A DNA stretch of 64,000 nucleotides from the human T2T-CHM13v2.0 reference genome, Homo sapiens, in the NCBI RefSeq assembly GCF_009914755.1, contig NC_060947.1; one strand, written 5' to 3'. Of this stretch, positions 56,946 through 64,000 are shown piece after piece. A model generated the notes under the pieces. The model saw nothing but the letters and a program-made list of their open reading frames with translations. It ran no database searches and was not told the origin of the DNA. The stretch's first letter is position 1; every line of letters starts with the position of its first letter. The position numbers and the translations under genes are program-made.

Positions 56946-59689
56946 TCCTTATATAATATGCTGCAGATTCATAGGACTGTTCGTGTTTGCTCAGCCTTTG
57001 CACTTGTTACTAATGTGGGCTGGTTATCTATTCAAAACTTTCAACATGACTTGTGAGATGGATATAATTATTTTAAAAGTCTGCAAGAGTTTCCTTCTAA
57101 GCTATTAATAGTTTTAATTTTGAATATATATAATGGGTAACCCCATGAAATCTCACTACTATATAAGAATGGTCCCAATTTAGTTATTCTCCTCTCCCTT
57201 CAATGACATAAAATCAACATATCCTCTTAGATTAAATAATAGTAATAACAACTTTCAGGGTCATCTTAGTTCTTTGAACTGTGGGTTTTATTAAGGAATA
57301 GTAGAATCTGTGCATATTTAAAATAATCATTTTGTACTGAAAACTGACCCCAAAACATACACATAGAAAGGCCTGATTAATAACAAACATTATTATGAAG
57401 TGTTTTAGGTGGGAGGCATTCAGTTCTAAAGATTATATACAAAATAAACCTGAACCTAGATGACCTTCAGTAAAATATCAGCATATTAATATGCCAAGAA
57501 ACTCAATGGCATGTCTGATTCCAATTCATCGTGATGAAGAAAGAGCCATCTTGCCCCAACTCTTGCTCAGAGCAGTCGCACAGGATTGTAAGTGATCGTC
57601 TTAAAAGACTCTTTGTCTCACCTTTGTCAAAATCCTCTTTCAGGGGTTACAGCCGGTAGAGAACCCATAGGTTTGGGGGTCAGAAAACCTGGGTTCCTGT
57701 TGTAGAGTTTCTATGAAGTCTCCAGAAGATTACTGTGCTGTGAGTTTTCCAGTCTTAAAATAGGGACAAAAACTCATTTTTCAGCATTTCTCAAAGAGAT
57801 ATTGCAGAATCAGTAATAACTTGGTAATGTTTTAGTAATGCCTGTCCTTTAAAGAGTAAGTATGTAGACTAAATAAGATACATGTACATAGTTGAAATCC
57901 AGTAAATGCCACTCATTTGATATATTATGGTAAGTCTACAATAATACAGAACTCTTATTTGTAATCATATAAGGCATCTATAGAATGTTTTAAAAAATTC
58001 CTTAAAAACAAAAGGCAACATATACTATGTCAGCAAAATCCCATTTTTAACCACTTAGAAATAAGTTATACCTAATTTTTCCCCCAAACTAATAACTCCC
58101 TGCCAGTCTGTTTTGGCAGCGTAGAAGTTGTTTTCAAATCACTAAAACCCTCATGACCTAAAAGTTGTGAAATTTGAAGGAGTTTGTGCTGCCGTTACTC
58201 TTAAGTTTTTCCCTAGGTGCTAATTGAGTCAAGTTTGTTCTGCATTATGATCTAATGCAGGCACAATCAAGGATCAGATGTCAGGGTGTCAGATAGCAGG
58301 AAGTGCTGATTGGTGGGAAGCTGGGGAATGCAAGCTCTACCCAAAGGCATTAAAATTCTTGAAAAATAGTTGAACACCATTAGCTATACAGACACACCTT
58401 CTAGCTAGATTCTACTGAAGATCCACCAATTCACAGACTTTCAGCTAATAAATGTCTTATGATAATTAATTCTACCCCCAGAAGGGAAATAGTCATATGC
58501 CACTTCATGCTTTTTAATAAGTTGATTGTATGTAAAGATTTGAGTTTACCAGGAAGTTTACAAAGTAAATTATAGTTATTAGAGTTCAAATAAAAATGTT
58601 TTTATGACAAACAACTAAAGAGTGAATTCTCTACATGAATTCTGATGTTCTTATATACATCCTAGAAATCTTGAATTGTATAAAATGTTATCCTGACATT
58701 TATGTCTTAATTTAGCTTACTGCCTTGCGCAGAGCACACAAGAAGTATTGAAATTAGGTAGCTGACACCAAATAAATACTTAAGGCTCTTTATAATACGT
58801 TATTAGGGAATCTGTAATTTCAAGTTATGGACCATATTAATAAATACTGCGTATTTTGAAAGGCACTTGACACCAGTCACATTCACCTAGAGTAATTCTG
58901 AGTAGTTCCTCACAGATTCCATGGGGAAAAACATATGGTTCAAGTCTCATAATTCCATAGGCAATTAATATATCAATAAAAGAGCATAACATTTGTAGCT
59001 GTCCTCAGCCAAGTACCTACTATGTGCCGGACACAGTACAGGCCCTTTTTATGCATTTTGTCTCAATTTACTCCTGATGCTAATTCTGGGAGGCATTATT
59101 GCTATTTCACCAATTGCAGATAGAGAGTCTCAGTGAGATTCCCATGAAGATGGTAAGAAACCTTTCTGCTGCTAAATCCTGTGCTGGTAAGCTATCTATA
59201 CCATATATCTATAGTTTAAAAAATCAATAAGGACATCGGTGAATGGACTGCAGCAATTAAACGAACCTAGTTAACCTTGTAAATCCCCCTATATCAGATC
59301 ACTATAGGGAAGGAAGGGCTCGATACCTTAAAATTCCCAGTAGAGGGTGTATGCCCCCATTGACCAATCTGACTGGATGTCAAACTTTGGTATCCGTTGT
59401 ACACTGTGTGCAGAATCAGTATGTGCTAGAATTATGTATAACAAACTAAAAGCCTACCAGATGTTGGAAAACAGTAACATGCTGATACCAAGGTGGGCTT
59501 GGTAAGTGAAGGATCAGCATGTTTTCTTTTCTAAGTTAAACTTCTGAATTTTCTTCAAACTCTTCTGTCTCTACTCATGGTCCCTCAGCCCAAATCTGGC
59601 TTCTTCTGTGGTCTCCAGATAGAGTTAAACACTTCCTCACATAGCTCCTTGTATGTTTTCTCACATATGTTTCTTCTTATGCATCTCTC

Positions 59690-59800
59690 TTCCACTGTAT
59701 GTGAGTTCCTTGGAGCCAGGGCTAATTGCTTTTTCATCCTTGTGTTGCTAAGCACTAAATCCAACAGTGTGTCTGATGGTGGCTGACAAATGAATGAATG
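59690..59800 (+). mobile_element. L2 3' end
   Basis: tatgtgagttccttggagccaggg...aacagtgtgtctg...aaatgaatgaatg. Confidence 0.65.
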
Positions 59801-61622
59801 GATAAAACCAGTAAAACTGCCTGACCTCAGCACCATTACTCCCTCCCATCTTTTAGTTCTTGGCTAGTTAGAAGGCCAGGTTCTGTGGCTGAGCTCGTAA
59901 AAGTTCAGCTGTATTGTAGAAATACACAGATATATAAATATTGTAGAAATATACAAAGCCTTTGCTTTCATGGTTTTGAGGAAAGGAAAAGGTGAGCAGT
60001 TAGCCAAACTCTTAGATTAAAAAGAGCAAGAAGAGTGATTCCAGGAAAGTTTTCTTTTTCACTTGTATGTTTTTGCAGCTTTTTTCATAGTTTTCAAAGT
60101 TGTGGAACCCTCTCCTGGTGTTAAGAACCTGCTTCGGTTCTTAAAATAAACAAAGGTATCAAAAAGTCCTCTTGCTCCAATATTTTCACCTCTGATTGGC
60201 AATTCAAATGTGGAAAGCTTCTGAAACTATCTTTAAGTAGCTTCGTAAGATGACAAAAGCCCTATATTTAGTAATGTCTAACTGAAGTTTGTTTTAATGA
60301 TTTAGAAAATATCCTAGTATTCATTATTATAAAGTGTTTATTTTGCAGAGTTTTCATTTGAAAAACTAGCAACTCTGCCTTACCATAGAAATGCATCGTT
60401 CTTCAAGTTTTTGAAAACATTTTGGTTCTACATATTAGACTTTAACTCTTGAATGCTAGCCCTGCCTAGTAATAAAACATGTTTTTTTTCCAGTGCCACT
60501 TAATGGCAAGTCTCTTCAAGTTTCTCAACAGTCAACTGCTGTAAATGTACCTGAGGTACATTCTCATTTTCTAGAGGGGGAACAGGAAAAATTCCACTGC
60601 CACCATCCACCCCTGTCATCCAAAAGCAAGTTTATTAGTGAACTTCAAGTCAGCATTCTAACCCTACTATCTGGTCTCTCTTTTTTACTTTTTTATCCTT
60701 TTGGGTTTATCAAGTCCTTATTTTAAGATTAACATGAAGAATACTTAATGTTGTAAAGGCTACATGGATGGTTTTGACATCAGAGTGACAAAATATGTTT
60801 TAAAAGGATAACAATATCTGAGTGCATGTTTGTAAGAGCAGCTAGATAACATGGCAAACTCTGACAGCAATCATTTCTTCACTCCTGCCCCATTTTTCCT
60901 AAGCAAATACACTTAGGGTGCTCTTCAGTGGTAGTGTATATAAAGGATGGTCTCCAAAAAGAGATTGGCAGCTTTAATTTGTTTGATATGTGCAATCATG
61001 GTCCGTGTTAAATTCAAAATGCTTGTCCAATCAAGGATTCAATATAGAAAAGAGGCAGTAACAAGCATGCTGCACACTGTAATAAAGAAATCTGTTGATT
61101 GAAAACAGTTTGTATATTTTGGAAATGATAGGGAATGTAATTGGTAAGAAAGAAAAGGATAGGGCTTCATAAATAATGGGAAATAGAGCATATTTTTTAC
61201 TGATAATACTAACTCAATTTAATAACATTTTGGTGTTGAATTTTTGTGTGCCAGAAAATAAGAAAGATGGGTTCTTTTTTGTTACTCTAAATGTCATGAT
61301 TCATGGGTTGACCTTTTTTGTTTTTGTGTCCATCGAGAGCAGCTTTGACAGGTTGAATCAGGCAATAGTGGGTGATACGTTCCGGTTCTTTGAGAACTTT
61401 CACAGAACATTTTTCTTTTGTTCTCTCATCCAAGAAGACGAAACATATTTTTAACTGTTTTTTTTTTTTTAGGTACAAGTACTACATGAATGCATTTCTG
61501 TGGTAAAAGATCTAAACAATAGAGAAATATACAGAGCAAAGTCTGTATACTTTTCGTACATAGATGTCTGGGTAGAGATTTGTATGCTGATTGTTTGAGG
61601 GGCTGTAGTATTAAGAAATTGA

Positions 61623-61933
<311 letters not shown>

Positions 61934-62652
61934 TCATGTCATTCTCAAGCTTACTTAAGACCTCACAGATAGAAAAACATATATAAAGTCACTCTGGAGG
62001 GCTGCTATTAGTGGCTCTCCACTAGAAACATGTTGATGCGGACACCACTAGCTGTGCCTGGGGTGAGTTAGCTGGGACCCTTTTCACCAAGCACCACCCC
62101 AGGTCACAAGTGTCCCTTTGGAGCTGCTCAGCTCAGTTGGCCAGTATCCAGCTTTGTCCTCTCTGAAGAAAAACATCAACAATTTAAACTGCGAGCACTA
62201 AATACACTTAATGGTACCTTTACCTGTCCTTTTTTTCCTGTTATTTAGTTCCTTTCCCCATTAATTTAAAATTCTGCATCTAGACTTAGCACTAGTAATC
62301 TCATCTTGTACAAAAATCTAACTATTCAGAAAGTACCAACTAGAAATTTTCAGTGTACCATGGTGGCAGGTGTTCATGATGATGGAATACTCTCTAACTC
62401 ATAAAAGAGATTGTGTACAATATAGTTTTGTTATTAATTTATGCTACTTTATTAACATTTTAAAAAGTGGTCAACAGTCCTTTATTACCTTCCCATTAAC
62501 CATCATGTTGAGGTAACTATAATACCCAGTTCCCTGCATCTGTTCTAAACAAACTGGATTTTACTAGATAAAAAATGAAATTACTAATAAAAGGTTAAGT
62601 GATACATTTAGCATACATCATCAGATTAAGCATTTGCTATAAGAAGAATCCA

Positions 62653-63017
<365 letters not shown>

Positions 63018-63162
63018 CTAGCACAGCACTTTGGATTCCAAGTTCACCAAACTTTCCCCCTCTATTCAATTGCATTAAACATGTATTAAACATCTTCTCT
63101 ATGTCATGCTTTCTAAGATGCAAAAAAGTTAGTATCCTTCTTCTCTAAGAATCCATAATCTA

Positions 63163-63531
<369 letters not shown>

Positions 63532-63875
63532 TTATCTCCCACTTATAACAGTGTGCCAGTGGTGAAAAAAGCAAGGTGAGAACAGTCTGAAGTCAGGGAT
63601 AAGAAAGGAGGCATCCCCATGCACCCCAGGAAAGCACCCCTAATGATAGAATTTATCCCTGCAGGGAAAAGGTAAACCAAGATACCATGCAATTGTATAC
63701 CTGGAACAGTACTCTTCTGAACTTGTTTGATTTCATACTCTTAACATTAATTTTTTTTTTTTGCTGAAATCTCTGATATTTATATATGTAATTGTAGATA
63801 TATAGGTAATTTGAAAGAGCACTAATGTACTCTTCCTGTGCAAGATATCCTGTAGAACATACGCAAAATATGCAT

Positions 63876-64000
63876 TTTTTTTTTCCTTCAACTTCTATTT
63901 TAAGTTCAGGGGTGTATGTACAGGATTTGCATATTTGTTACATAGGTAAATGTGTGCCATAGTGGTTTGCTACACAGATCATCCCATCACCTAGGTATTA
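63876..64000 (-). mobile_element. Older L1PA 3' end, cut by window edge
   Basis: caacttctattttaagttcaggggtgtatgtacagg...catcacctaggtatta. Confidence 0.85.

Noticed and set aside
59912-59955. TATTGTAGAAATA(C/T)ACA direct repeat with period 27
   Set aside because: A simple local duplication with no evidence of function

Overview
Primate (human-like) genomic DNA, AT-rich and dense in Alu/L1/MIR/L2/MER repeats. There are no prokaryotic features and no CRISPR array. The only host coding sequence I can support is a 97-bp internal exon on the + strand (24684-24780) that the ORF track misses. It reads [32 protein letters not shown](D), which I recognise as the penultimate exon of POLA1 (DNA polymerase alpha catalytic subunit, chrX, next to ARX). 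The rest of the window is therefore the end of one long POLA1 intron and the start of the last one. POLA1 introns are known to hold ultraconserved enhancers of ARX. A repeat-free, homeodomain-site-rich block at about 22440-22990 fits such an element; my recollection that it is uc.466 needs checking. The most interesting observations are: (1) a strong 3' splice site at the edge of that block, followed by an in-frame stop, AATAAA and a 5' splice site, i.e. a candidate poison or alternative last exon of POLA1; (2) a three-segment hairpin inside the block; (3) a dense palindromic TAATTA cluster and a P3 paired-homeodomain site; (4) a candidate recursive splice site; (5) retrotransposon oddities, including three SINEs inserted serially at one target, a candidate L1 3' transduction and an orphan insert inside L1 ORF2. 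Repeat subfamily names and the edges of old repeats were called by eye and are approximate.
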